Origin: Firmicutes bacterium UBA2598
GTDB lineage: Bacteria > Bacillota > PH28-bin88
Assembly: GCA_002339345.1 (NCBI GenBank)
Contig: DDKM01000069.1
Location: forward strand, 21,973 to 85,972
Direction of reading: 5' to 3'
DNA length: 64,000 nucleotides
Shown here: piece after piece, positions 47,172-56,383 of the stretch
How the letters are laid out: each line of letters begins with the position of its first letter
How positions within the stretch are numbered: the first letter of the stretch is position 1
Made by a program: the position numbers and the translations under genes
The notes under the pieces: generated by a model
What the model saw: only the letters and a program-made list of their open reading frames with translations
Database searches by the model: none
Told to the model about the DNA's origin: nothing

Positions 47172-48356
47172 TTACAGCACCCGCAGAACAGCGCACTTTA
47201 AATAGTAGGACTCATCATAACCCATCAGTGTGGGATGATCCTTGGCCTGTCTTCGCATTTCCAACAATTGAATCCTTCGTCGCACATCCTTTGCCGCCTG
47301 CTGGAGCATGTTCAGAAACAGGTCTTCAGTGAGGTGATAAGAACAGGAGTTGGTAACCAAAAGACCGCCCGGTGGCAGTAACCGCATAGCCCGCAGGTTG
47401 ATCTCCTTATAACCCCGCAAGGCCCCTTCCACCGCCCCCCGGCTTTTAGTAAAGGCCGGGGGATCAAGGATAATCAGATCATACCGTTCTCCCGCCTGGT
47501 CCTTGGCCCGCAACACATCAAAGGCGTTACCATGCCGGAACAGGCACCTGTCCTCCCAACCGTTAATTCGGGCATTTTGCGCCGCCAGGGTTACCGCATC
47601 GGCAGAGATGTCCAGACCCTCAACCTCACGGGCACCATAGTGGGCAGCATGCAGTGCAAAGGAACCGGTATGGCAAAACATATCCAGCACCCTGGCCCCC
47701 CGGGCCAGTCCTCGCAGTGCGGCCCTGTTTTCCCGCTGGTCCAGGAAATAGCCTGTCTTTTGGCCGTTGACAATGTCCACATTGATCCGGATGCCATTTT
47801 CTTTGATTTCCACCACCTGGGGGCAATGGCCCCATATGGTTCCCTTAATCAAAGGCAGGCCCTCAAGCTCACGTACCGCCATATCGTTACGCTCATAAAT
47901 ACCTAAAGGTTTCACTAGTTCAGCCAGTTCCTGCACAATGACATCCTTCCACTGGTCCATCCCCAAGGTAAGGGTCTGGATGACTAGGTATCCGGCAAAA
48001 TCGTCTACGATGAGGCCAGGCAGCAAATCAGCCTCACCAAAAACAAGACGCCACGAGTCACTGTCACCCTGTTCCATGAGCCTTTGCCGGAAGGAATAGG
48101 CGGCTTGCAGGCGGCGTCGTATCAACTCGGACCCTACGTCCTCTTCTTGCTGGGTCATCAACCGCACGATGATCATGGAAGCGGGATTGATGTACCCCTT
48201 CCCCAGGAATCGACCGCGGAAATCCGCCACCTCCACAATTCCGCCGGCGGTAACCGGCCCCTTGATTTCTGCCACCTCCGTCCGGTAGATCCATGGGTGG
48301 CCATTTTCAATTCTTTTCTGCCGGCCGGGTTGCAATTTGACCACAGTTTTGCTCAT
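47172..48356 (-). CDS. rlmI: Class I SAM-dependent 23S rRNA m5C methyltransferase (RlmI-like, PUA + MTase)
   Basis: I prefer the ATG at 48356 (GGGGAG RBS), giving MSKTVVKLQPGRQKRIENGHPWIY. Contains VLDMFCHTGSFALHAA (SAM motif I) and ILDPPAF (motif IV). Confidence 0.88.
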   Translation of the reverse strand: MSKTVVKLQPGRQKRIENGHPWIYRTEVAEIKGPVTAGGIVEVADFRGRFLGKGYINPASMIIVRLMTQQEEDVGSELIRRRLQAAYSFRQRLMEQGDSDSWRLVFGEADLLPGLIVDDFAGYLVIQTLTLGMDQWKDVIVQELAELVKPLGIYERNDMAVRELEGLPLIKGTIWGHCPQVVEIKENGIRINVDIVNGQKTGYFLDQRENRAALRGLARGARVLDMFCHTGSFALHAAHYGAREVEGLDISADAVTLAAQNARINGWEDRCLFRHGNAFDVLRAKDQAGERYDLIILDPPAFTKSRGAVEGALRGYKEINLRAMRLLPPGGLLVTNSCSYHLTEDLFLNMLQQAAKDVRRRIQLLEMRRQAKDHPTLMGYDESYYLKCAVLRVL

Positions 48357-48465
48357 CAGCCACTCCCCGCTTGCCATCAAAGTTTATCCCAGGTACCCTA
48401 CCTCCACAGGGACGGGATTATGCCATATGATTACGGTAAAAGCGGCCGTGTCCAGGCCGCCCCCT

Positions 48466-48657
48466 CTAGTCATCGATGATGATTGCCCCAGTGGGACATT
48501 CGCTGGCCGCCACCCTGACCAAATCCGCCAGACCAGCCGGCACCTCAGCAATCTTGACGCAGGACTTACCTTCTTCATCCCAGTCAAATACCGCTGGACA
48601 GGTATCAATGCAAACACCACAGGCAATACACTCTTCCGCCAGGACCCTTGTTTTCAC
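48466..48657 (-). CDS. Small [4Fe-4S] ferredoxin
   Basis: Contains CIACGVCIDTCP ... ECPTGAI. I prefer the GTG at 48657 (GGAGGTGAGG RBS). The ORF is open to 48672. Confidence 0.8.
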   Translation of the reverse strand: MKTRVLAEECIACGVCIDTCPAVFDWDEEGKSCVKIAEVPAGLADLVRVAASECPTGAIIIDD

Positions 48658-48749
48658 TGTCCTCACCTCCATGTTGTAGGTGGGGGTGCACTCCCTCCTG
48701 GTCCCATTGTGTCATGATCCAGGAATAACCTCTGTAATGAATATCACAA

Positions 48750-49646
48750 TTATAATAGCAAACGCAAAATGACGTAGAGGGTGAGGAAACTTAGAGTTGT
48801 GGTCACCAGAGTGACGCCGGACACCAGCTCCGGTTCGGTATCATACTCGATGGCCAGCAGGGCTGTAAGAATGGCGGTAGGGGTAGCGGCCTGAATAATC
48901 AACACCTTGGCGGTTAGCCCTTCAATCCCAGCCACCTTAACCATGGCAAAGGCCACCAGGGGCATCACCAACAGTTTGACAACGGTGGCAAAGGCCACCT
49001 TGCCGTAATCGCCTCCCAGCTTGGTGGATTGTAACTGCATCCCTAGGGCCACCAGCATCAACGGGATGGCCGCCTGCCCCAACATGTCTACCGGCTTCAT
49101 GATAAAATCCGGCGGAACCACACCCAGCCACCGGAATACTGCAGCCAGCACCACCGCCTGCAGGGCGGGCATTTTTACAACGCTTAATAGGGCTGCCCGC
49201 AAATCTGCCTTGGCCCGGGCCGCCAGGAAAACCCCTAGGGAATACATCAGGATCACGGTATTGACATTGACCAGGATTCCCCGATCAAAACCCCCTTGGC
49301 CAAAGGCAAACAATAGGACTGGCAGGCCGTAGTTACCGTTATTGCAAAAAATCGTACCCAACAAAAGGCCGGACCTTTTGGGCTCGCCTATGTTGGAGAG
49401 CCTGGCGGCAACGGCCACCAGGACATAGACCAGCGCCGTCAACACCACCGAAAAAAGGTTGATCAGCCAGATTTCGCCACCCGAGATTTCGGTATTCAGC
49501 AGGGAAGTAAAGGCCAGCGCAGGGACCAGTACATATAGAGTAACCTGGGAAATGGGACGGGGACTGGTATCCGCCACCTGCCGCAGGAAATAGCCGACAG
49601 CCACCAGCAGCAATACCGGCAGTAATACATCGATAAATACTTGCAA
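48750..49646 (-). CDS. AEC (auxin efflux carrier) family permease
   Basis: 298 aa with a TTG start and about 9-10 TM segments. The N-terminus MQVFIDVLLPVLLLVAVGYFL and the overall pattern are typical of the membrane transport protein / AEC family. Confidence 0.8.
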   Translation of the reverse strand: MQVFIDVLLPVLLLVAVGYFLRQVADTSPRPISQVTLYVLVPALAFTSLLNTEISGGEIWLINLFSVVLTALVYVLVAVAARLSNIGEPKRSGLLLGTIFCNNGNYGLPVLLFAFGQGGFDRGILVNVNTVILMYSLGVFLAARAKADLRAALLSVVKMPALQAVVLAAVFRWLGVVPPDFIMKPVDMLGQAAIPLMLVALGMQLQSTKLGGDYGKVAFATVVKLLVMPLVAFAMVKVAGIEGLTAKVLIIQAATPTAILTALLAIEYDTEPELVSGVTLVTTTLSFLTLYVILRLLL

Positions 49647-49686
49647 TGATAAAACCTCTTTCCGATGAAGTGTTTACTTACTGTCC

Positions 49687-50967
49687 TTATTTGCGCAGCA
49701 GTTCCAGCGGATACAGAGTAATCTTGGGAATCAGGGTAATGAGTAAAAGGCCAATAATCATGGCTATCACCAAGGGTACTGCCCTTTTAACCACGTCTTC
49801 CATTTTAATCCCCGCAATGTTGGAAGCGACATACAGGTTAATCCCCACCGGCGGGGTAACCAAGCCGATACCCAGGTTGGTAATCATCACCACCCCGAAG
49901 TGGACGGGATTGATCCCAACCTGGGTGATGATGGGTACCAGGATAGGGGTAAGGATGATAATGGCAGCAGCAGTTTCCATAAAGGTACCGATGACCAACA
50001 GGAAAACATTTATCATGAGCAGGATCGCCAGTGGATTCTGGGAAAGTCTCAATAGCCACTGGGCCAGTTCCTGGGGAATCTTTTCCCTGGTCAATACCAG
50101 GCCAAACAGGGCCGCACAAGCGATGATAAACATGATCACCGCAGTGGTCATCACACTGACCGACAGCACCTGATAGACATTGGACCAGTTCAATTCGCGG
50201 TAAACTAGACCGCCAACAATAAATCCATACACCACTGCTACCACGGCCGCCTCCGTGGGGGTAAAAACACCACCGTAAATACCTCCCAGGATAATTACCG
50301 GCATCAACAGGGCCAGGAATGCTTCCCGAAAAGCCTGCCATACATCAAGCCAGGAAGCCGGTTGTTCACGTCCGTATCCGGAAGACCGGCTAATGACATA
50401 GGCTACCACCATCAAAGCAAGACCGATGACAATCCCTGGTCCAAAACCGCCCAGGAACAAATCACCGATGGAAGTACCAGCTCCTACCCCGTAAAGAACC
50501 AGAGGAATACTCGGTGGAATGATAATACCGATGGAACCGGAGGTGGCCTGGATGGCGGTGGCGAAATCCTTCCGGTAACCCCTGGCCACCATGGCCGGGA
50601 TGAGAATGCTGCCCAGGGCAGCCGTAGTAGCTGCACCGGAGCCGGAAATGGCAGCAAAGAACATCCCCGCGAGTACCGAAACAATGGCCAGCCCGCCGGT
50701 AAACCGGCCCACCAACACATTGGCGAATTTTACCAGACGATGAGAGATCCCACCACTAGCCATCAGGTTGCCGGCTAAGATAAAAAAGGGTATCGCCATC
50801 AGTGGAAAGGAATCCGTGGCACCGAACATGCGCTGGGGAATGACGATGAGGAAGGAGGCGGCACCCTTGGAATAAAAAGCGGCCGCAGCCGATAGACCAA
50901 GGCTTACAGCTATTGGCGCCCCGATGAATAAAAGAATAATCAGGGATGAGAACAGGATCACAGTCAA
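49687..50967 (-). CDS. dctM: TRAP transporter large permease subunit
   Basis: 426 aa polytopic protein with a DctM-like sequence. The TTG start overlaps the dctQ stop. Confidence 0.92.
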   Translation of the reverse strand: MTVILFSSLIILLFIGAPIAVSLGLSAAAAFYSKGAASFLIVIPQRMFGATDSFPLMAIPFFILAGNLMASGGISHRLVKFANVLVGRFTGGLAIVSVLAGMFFAAISGSGAATTAALGSILIPAMVARGYRKDFATAIQATSGSIGIIIPPSIPLVLYGVGAGTSIGDLFLGGFGPGIVIGLALMVVAYVISRSSGYGREQPASWLDVWQAFREAFLALLMPVIILGGIYGGVFTPTEAAVVAVVYGFIVGGLVYRELNWSNVYQVLSVSVMTTAVIMFIIACAALFGLVLTREKIPQELAQWLLRLSQNPLAILLMINVFLLVIGTFMETAAAIIILTPILVPIITQVGINPVHFGVVMITNLGIGLVTPPVGINLYVASNIAGIKMEDVVKRAVPLVIAMIIGLLLITLIPKITLYPLELLRK

Positions 50968-51443
50968 TTTCCTTCCCCCTTACGGTTCACCAACAGTTCA
51001 TGGGCTTGGACCAGGGTGTTTAACAACAACATTACACCACTCAAGGGTATCACCACATACACATAACCCATGGGGAGTTGCAGAACAGGGGAAAACTGGG
51101 TCATGGAGTGGGTAATTAAACGGGCTCCGTAATAGGTCATCAAACCGTAAAACAGACAACTTGCCGCCATTGCCAGCAGTGCCATGCCTACCCGGACAGG
51201 CCGGGGGAACCATTTTACAAACATCTCCACCACCGCATGGGCCCTTTTTTCCACTGCCAGGGCTGCGCCCAGGAAGGTCAACCACACCATGATATACCTG
51301 GCCACTTCCTCCGACCAAGGCAGGGGGCGCTCCACAACAAAACGGAAGAATACCTGGGTGAAAACAACTACCACCATCACCACCAGCAATGAGTTCAAAA
51401 ATGCGCGGAAAAAGGAGTTCATTTTGGATACAACCCAGGCCAA
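50964..51443 (-). CDS. dctQ: TRAP transporter small permease subunit
   Basis: A 4-TM small protein. I prefer the TTG at 51443 (GGAGGG RBS 7 nt upstream). The ORF is open to 51560, but that part overlaps dctP. Confidence 0.82.
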   Translation of the reverse strand: MAWVVSKMNSFFRAFLNSLLVVMVVVVFTQVFFRFVVERPLPWSEEVARYIMVWLTFLGAALAVEKRAHAVVEMFVKWFPRPVRVGMALLAMAASCLFYGLMTYYGARLITHSMTQFSPVLQLPMGYVYVVIPLSGVMLLLNTLVQAHELLVNRKGEGN

Positions 51444-51519
51444 TGTCTGTCCCTCCTTTCTGATGGACTGGACGGGGGGCGGTGGAACCCGCCCCCCATG
51501 CCTACTCCCTTGTTCTAGA

Positions 51520-52560
51520 TTACCTGGTGTTGATGATCCGGTCAATAAGGTCTTTGCCAATCTGGTCCCCGTATTTGTCGTATACAGCTTTGATGGCTTC
51601 CTGGAAAGGCGTGGTGTCCGGCTCCGTCACCTGTACACCAGCAGCCTTGATTTGCTCAAGATACTGGGCATTGGCCTTGTGCAGGGCTTCCCGCTCATCT
51701 GCTGCGCCCTCCATGGCAAATTGACGGAACAGTTGTTTGATATCTTCCGGGAAGGTTTCCCAGACCGATTTGCTTACCATCAAAACCATAGGAGAATAAT
51801 TGTGATTAGTGAGGGCAAGGTATTTTTGCACCTCAAATAACCTGGAAGTAGCGATAATGGCCAGGGGGTTTTCCTGCCCGTCCACCGTTCCCTGCTGAAG
51901 AGCGGTAAATACCTCGGCGAAGGCCATGGGTGTCGGGTCGGCGCCCAGTGCCCGCCAGGCATCCATGTGGATGGGATTTTCCATGGTCCGCAGTTTGATT
52001 CCCTTGACATCGGCCGGTGAGTTAATCGGACGCTTGGAGTTTGTCATTTGACGGAAACCGTTTTCCCAGAAAGACAGTCCGATGAGGTTATGTTCCGTCA
52101 TCCGGTTCAACAGATCCCGGCCAATCTCTCCATCCAGCACCTTGTAGGCATGATCCCGGTCACGAATGAGGAAGGGAAGATCGAATACCTTCATTCCTGG
52201 TACAAAGTTGGCGGTCACCGCAGTGGTGGCCAGAACCACGTCCACAGTGCCGAGGCGGGCGCCTTCAATTAATTCCCGCTCTCCGCCCAGGGCACTAGCG
52301 GCAAAGACATCCATCTTAACCCTGCCATTGGTGCTTTGTTCCAGTTTTTTCGCCATATCTTTGAGCGCCTCATCCATGGGGTGTCCTGCGGCCGCTACAT
52401 GGCCGGCTTTTAGCTGCCAAGTTTTTTCCGGTACCCCGGCCTGTTCACCACCGCTGGTTTTACCGCCGCCGCAACCAGCCAGCAAACCTGACAACAAAAC
52501 CAAAACCGCCAGTAGTGCTGTCCCCTTAAATGCTTTACCTGATTTGAACACCTTCTTCAC
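51520..52560 (-). CDS. dctP: TRAP transporter substrate-binding lipoprotein (DctP family)
   Basis: 346 aa with a lipobox (LLAGCGG). The DctP-like core includes FWENGFRQMTN. The start is GTG 52560 or GTG 52551. Confidence 0.9.
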   Translation of the reverse strand: MKKVFKSGKAFKGTALLAVLVLLSGLLAGCGGGKTSGGEQAGVPEKTWQLKAGHVAAAGHPMDEALKDMAKKLEQSTNGRVKMDVFAASALGGERELIEGARLGTVDVVLATTAVTANFVPGMKVFDLPFLIRDRDHAYKVLDGEIGRDLLNRMTEHNLIGLSFWENGFRQMTNSKRPINSPADVKGIKLRTMENPIHMDAWRALGADPTPMAFAEVFTALQQGTVDGQENPLAIIATSRLFEVQKYLALTNHNYSPMVLMVSKSVWETFPEDIKQLFRQFAMEGAADEREALHKANAQYLEQIKAAGVQVTEPDTTPFQEAIKAVYDKYGDQIGKDLIDRIINTR

Positions 52561-52709
52561 CTCTCATCAATAATTACCTTGGTTAAGTCCACCCCAATCA
52601 TCTTATGACAAGCTAGCTATACTCCCCTTACCCTCTCCCCCTTCCATACTTCTTTTAACACCCATTCGGGATAGGTAAGTAACCATGTCCTACCGGTTCC
52701 CCCCCTCTG

Positions 52710-53966
52710 TCAAGCCAGAGGCTCGGTGTTTAAACCCAGGGATAAGGCTAGCAGCTCCACGGGATGCACCACCTTGATATCCAACCCATGGCGTCTGATA
52801 CCATATTCCAACTGCATGCGGCAGGCCGGGCATCCCGTGGCCAGCAGATCAGCACCTGTCTCCTTGAGATGTTTAATTTTTCTGTCCAGCACGCCGATGG
52901 AAACCTGGTAGTTAAACAGGTTATAAGTACCGGCACCCCCGCAACAGCGATCCGCTTCTACCATCTCCCGGAAAGTGATGCCGCCAATGGAAGACAACAA
53001 CTGGCGGGGGGCATGTTTTACACCTTGGTACCTGATCAAGTGGCAAGCATCGTGGTAGGTAACCGTAACGGGAGGGATCCCGTCACCGGTGAGGAGATCC
53101 ACCTTTTCCACAAGGAAGACACTGATATCCGCCACCTTGGCGGCAAATTCGGCAGCCTCTTCCGCCTCGTCGGTGCCGGCAAACAACCCGGCGTATTCTC
53201 GCATCGCTGAACCACAAGAGGCACAATCGGTAATAACCGCCTCCACTCCGGCTTCCCGAAAGACCATGATGTTTCGCCAAGCCATTTCACGGGCCATTTG
53301 CCAGTCCCCAGAATGGTGGTGGGCTGCCCCACAGCAAACCACCCCATCGGGTATAATCACCTCCAGGCCCTGTCTTTCCAATACTCTTACTGCCGCCCGG
53401 GCCACCTGGGGGAACACCTGGTTTCCCATGCAACTCAGAAAAAAACCAATCCTTCTCCCATCGCCCAAGGGTATGGCTGCCGTACCTTGTGACCACCCCC
53501 GCCGGAAAGTGTGGGCCGGCAGGGCGGGCATCAGATCCTCCCTTAATTTGAGAGCACCTGGCAATAGCCCATTTACCCGGGCCCGCCGGGCCAACTTTAG
53601 CACACCCATCGCCGCCGCGAACCGGCGGGGATTTCTCAGCAACTGGCGCAATAGTAACCGCTTTACCCGGGCGTGGGGTAAATACCCCGCCAGTTCATGC
53701 CTGGCCGCCACCATGATGCGGTCCGTATTAACCCCCGGCGGGCAATTGGCCACACAAAGACGGCAACCCAGGCAGAGGTCGACATATTTGGCCAGGCGTG
53801 GGGAGGGCGCCAGTTTTCCTTCCAGCATTTCCCGCATCAGACGGATCCGGCCCCGCGCCACCGATCCCTCCTGGCCAATGACCGCAAACACCGGGCATAC
53901 CGCTTGACACGCTCCACACCGCATGCACCGGTATATCTCGTCGGCATATTGTGTTAACCTTTTCAT
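52710..53966 (-). CDS. (Fe-S)-binding oxidoreductase subunit, GlcF-like (2x[4Fe-4S] + two CCG domains)
   Basis: I prefer the ATG at 53966, which overlaps the glcD-like stop (ATGA). Contains CMRCGACQAVCP, CLGCRLCVANCP, and CCG-type motifs (VCCG, CCGGAG). Confidence 0.88.
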   Translation of the reverse strand: MKRLTQYADEIYRCMRCGACQAVCPVFAVIGQEGSVARGRIRLMREMLEGKLAPSPRLAKYVDLCLGCRLCVANCPPGVNTDRIMVAARHELAGYLPHARVKRLLLRQLLRNPRRFAAAMGVLKLARRARVNGLLPGALKLREDLMPALPAHTFRRGWSQGTAAIPLGDGRRIGFFLSCMGNQVFPQVARAAVRVLERQGLEVIIPDGVVCCGAAHHHSGDWQMAREMAWRNIMVFREAGVEAVITDCASCGSAMREYAGLFAGTDEAEEAAEFAAKVADISVFLVEKVDLLTGDGIPPVTVTYHDACHLIRYQGVKHAPRQLLSSIGGITFREMVEADRCCGGAGTYNLFNYQVSIGVLDRKIKHLKETGADLLATGCPACRMQLEYGIRRHGLDIKVVHPVELLALSLGLNTEPLA

Positions 53967-55357
53967 TCCCCATCCTCCCGGAGAAATATCTTGCCCGGAT
54001 TGAGGATACCGTTGGGATCCAGCGCCCTTTTCATATCGCGCATCACATCCACACCCGTCCGGCCCAATTCCCATTCCAGGTATTTTTTCTTTTCCAAACC
54101 GATGCCGTGTTCTCCGCTCAGGGTACCTCCGAGGGCCAGGGCTTCCCGGAACATCTCATCCACTGCCACGTGCACCCGGGCCATCTCCTCGGCGTTTCTT
54201 TCATCGGTGCAGATAATTGGATGCAGGTTACCATCCCCGGTATGTCCCAATATAGGAATCCGTAACTGGTATTTTCGGGCGATCTGTTTGATCTTTTCCA
54301 CCATCACCGGCAGCAGGTTACGAGGAACAGTGATATCTTCCGTCATTACCGTGGGGGTGCTTCGGGCCATGGCCGCAAAAGCTGCCTTCCGGCTGGCCCA
54401 TAGTTGGGCGGCCTCCTCCTCGGTGGCCGCCACACGCACCTCCCTGGCTCCACAACCGGCACATACTTCCGCCACCTTTTTAATTTGTACTGGCACGTCA
54501 ACGGGAGAGCCATCCACCTCGATCAGGATGGCTGATGCTGCATCGGTAGGTAACCCACATGGACGGGATGCCTCGATCAACTGCATCGCTTCCTGATCCA
54601 TCAGTTCCAGGGTTGTGGGGATAATCTTCGCCTTGATGATGGCGGAAACCGCCCTGGCCCCATCGGGTAGGGCATCGAAAATGGCCAACAGGGTCCGTTT
54701 GTCTTCCGGTAATGGTATCAACCTGAGGGTCAGCTCGGTAAAAACACCCAGGGTGCCTTCCGAACCGGTAAACAGCTTGGTCAGGTCATACCCAGTAACG
54801 TTTTTAATGGTCTTCCCGCCGACCCGCATCACCCGTCCGTCTGCCAGCACCACCTGCATTCCCAGTACATAATCTCTGGTAACACCGTACTTGAAGCCCC
54901 TGGGTCCACCGGCATTGGTGGCTACATTGCCGCCAATGGTAGACATATTCAATGCCTGCGGATCAGGTGGAAAAAACAGGCCGTGGGCCTCCACCGAACG
55001 CTGGAATTCACCGGTAACCACCCCGGGTTGGACAACCGCCACCAGGTTTTCAGTATCAATCTCCAGGATTTTGTTCATCCTGTTCATGGCCAGTACAATA
55101 CCGCCTTTTATCGGTACACTGGCCCCGCAAATATTGGTGCCTCCTCCCCTGGGTACCACTGGGATTCCTTTTCCGTTAGCCACTTTCAGTACAGCGGACA
55201 CCTCTTCCGCTGAAGCCGGGAAAACCACAACATCGGGCAAATGGGTGGTGGTTACAGCATCGTAGGAGTAGCAAACCAGGTCTTCCGGGCTGGACAGAAC
55301 ATAGTCCTCTCCCACAATCTTCCGAAGTTCTGTTAAAAAATTGTCGCTTAACATCAA
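53963..55357 (-). CDS. FAD-linked oxidase, GlcD-like (glycolate / D-lactate dehydrogenase subunit)
   Basis: 464 aa with an FAD-binding PCMH domain (VVPRGGGTNICG). The C-terminal GTLSGEHGIG motif is typical of GlcD / D-LDH. Confidence 0.9.
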   Translation of the reverse strand: MMLSDNFLTELRKIVGEDYVLSSPEDLVCYSYDAVTTTHLPDVVVFPASAEEVSAVLKVANGKGIPVVPRGGGTNICGASVPIKGGIVLAMNRMNKILEIDTENLVAVVQPGVVTGEFQRSVEAHGLFFPPDPQALNMSTIGGNVATNAGGPRGFKYGVTRDYVLGMQVVLADGRVMRVGGKTIKNVTGYDLTKLFTGSEGTLGVFTELTLRLIPLPEDKRTLLAIFDALPDGARAVSAIIKAKIIPTTLELMDQEAMQLIEASRPCGLPTDAASAILIEVDGSPVDVPVQIKKVAEVCAGCGAREVRVAATEEEAAQLWASRKAAFAAMARSTPTVMTEDITVPRNLLPVMVEKIKQIARKYQLRIPILGHTGDGNLHPIICTDERNAEEMARVHVAVDEMFREALALGGTLSGEHGIGLEKKKYLEWELGRTGVDVMRDMKRALDPNGILNPGKIFLREDGE

Positions 55358-55397
55358 CGCACTTCCTCCTGAAGGTCCACTTTCCTATCTGGTCTTT

Positions 55398-55408
55398 TGG
55401 TTGGACCA
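55398..55408. promoter_or_regulatory. Candidate FadR-subfamily GntR operator (TGGT-N3-ACCA)
   Basis: A perfect palindrome TGGTTGGACCA lies in the divergent intergenic region, about 41-44 bp upstream of the glcD-like start. Confidence 0.45.
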
Positions 55409-55571
55409 GAATACTGCAAGGACAATTTTCAGACATTAATTTCGGCAGCCGTAAGACCAAATCCTGCTGAGATTTAACGAAAAAAATAAAATATATGGAA
55501 TTGTGATAATAGTTATACAGAAGGAAAATTTCCCTTGAGGGGTAATAAATTGTTTAGGGGTTTCCGGGCAG

Positions 55572-56327
55572 GTGAAAACCGCCCGGAGTAGCGAAAGGGG
55601 GCACGGGTTTTTGAAACTGCAACCGGTCAAGACGCAAAAGGTATACCAGGTGGTACTACTGCAACTCCGCCAGTTATTACAGGAGGGTCATTTGAAACCG
55701 GGAGAAAAACTGATACCCGAGCGGGAACTGGCGGAACAATTGCAAGTAAGTAGGACCTCACTGCGGGAAGCCTTACGGGCACTGGAAATTCAAGGCTTGA
55801 TTGAAACCAGACCGCGTGGCGGCACCTTTATCCGGCACACCGATGCCCAAACTCTGCTGGCGGCCCTGAACCAGCTTTTAGACGGCAATTCCCTGACCTC
55901 AATTCTAGAAATGCTGCAGGTCCGGCAAATCTTGGAGTCGGAATGCGCAGCAATTGCTGCCCAGAGGCGCACCATGCACGACCTCATCCAGATGGAAAAG
56001 AGCCTGCAGGACATGATGCGCTATGAAACGGAGGAAGATCTTGGCCTGGAGGCTGATCTTCAATTCCATTTTTATGTGGTTCGTTCCACAGGGAACTCCA
56101 CCCTGACTGGTATCATGCACATGCTTAGCAATAATATGAAGGAAACAATCCGGGCCACCAGGCACACCCGTTTTTCCCAGCCTGGCCGGTTCATGGAGAC
56201 CTTCCAGGAACACGAAAACATTTTCCTGGCCATCCGGGATAGGGAACCCGACCGCGCCCGCCGCGCAACTGCCGACCACATCACCAAAATCCAAGAGGAA
56301 ATGTTAAAGGAAAGGGGGTTTTGGTAG
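55572..56327 (+). CDS. GntR-family transcriptional regulator, FadR subfamily (FCD domain; LldR/PdhR-like)
   Basis: Contains a wHTH (LIPERELAEQLQVSRTSLREALRALE) and a C-terminal FCD-like helical domain. The start is uncertain: GTG 55572 or a downstream TTG. Confidence 0.88.
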   Translation: MKTARSSERGHGFLKLQPVKTQKVYQVVLLQLRQLLQEGHLKPGEKLIPERELAEQLQVSRTSLREALRALEIQGLIETRPRGGTFIRHTDAQTLLAALNQLLDGNSLTSILEMLQVRQILESECAAIAAQRRTMHDLIQMEKSLQDMMRYETEEDLGLEADLQFHFYVVRSTGNSTLTGIMHMLSNNMKETIRATRHTRFSQPGRFMETFQEHENIFLAIRDREPDRARRATADHITKIQEEMLKERGFW

Positions 56328-56383
56328 TAACTCTGATGAAAAGAAAAGAAGAACCACAAGGGTCCTCCTCAGATAATCGTAAT

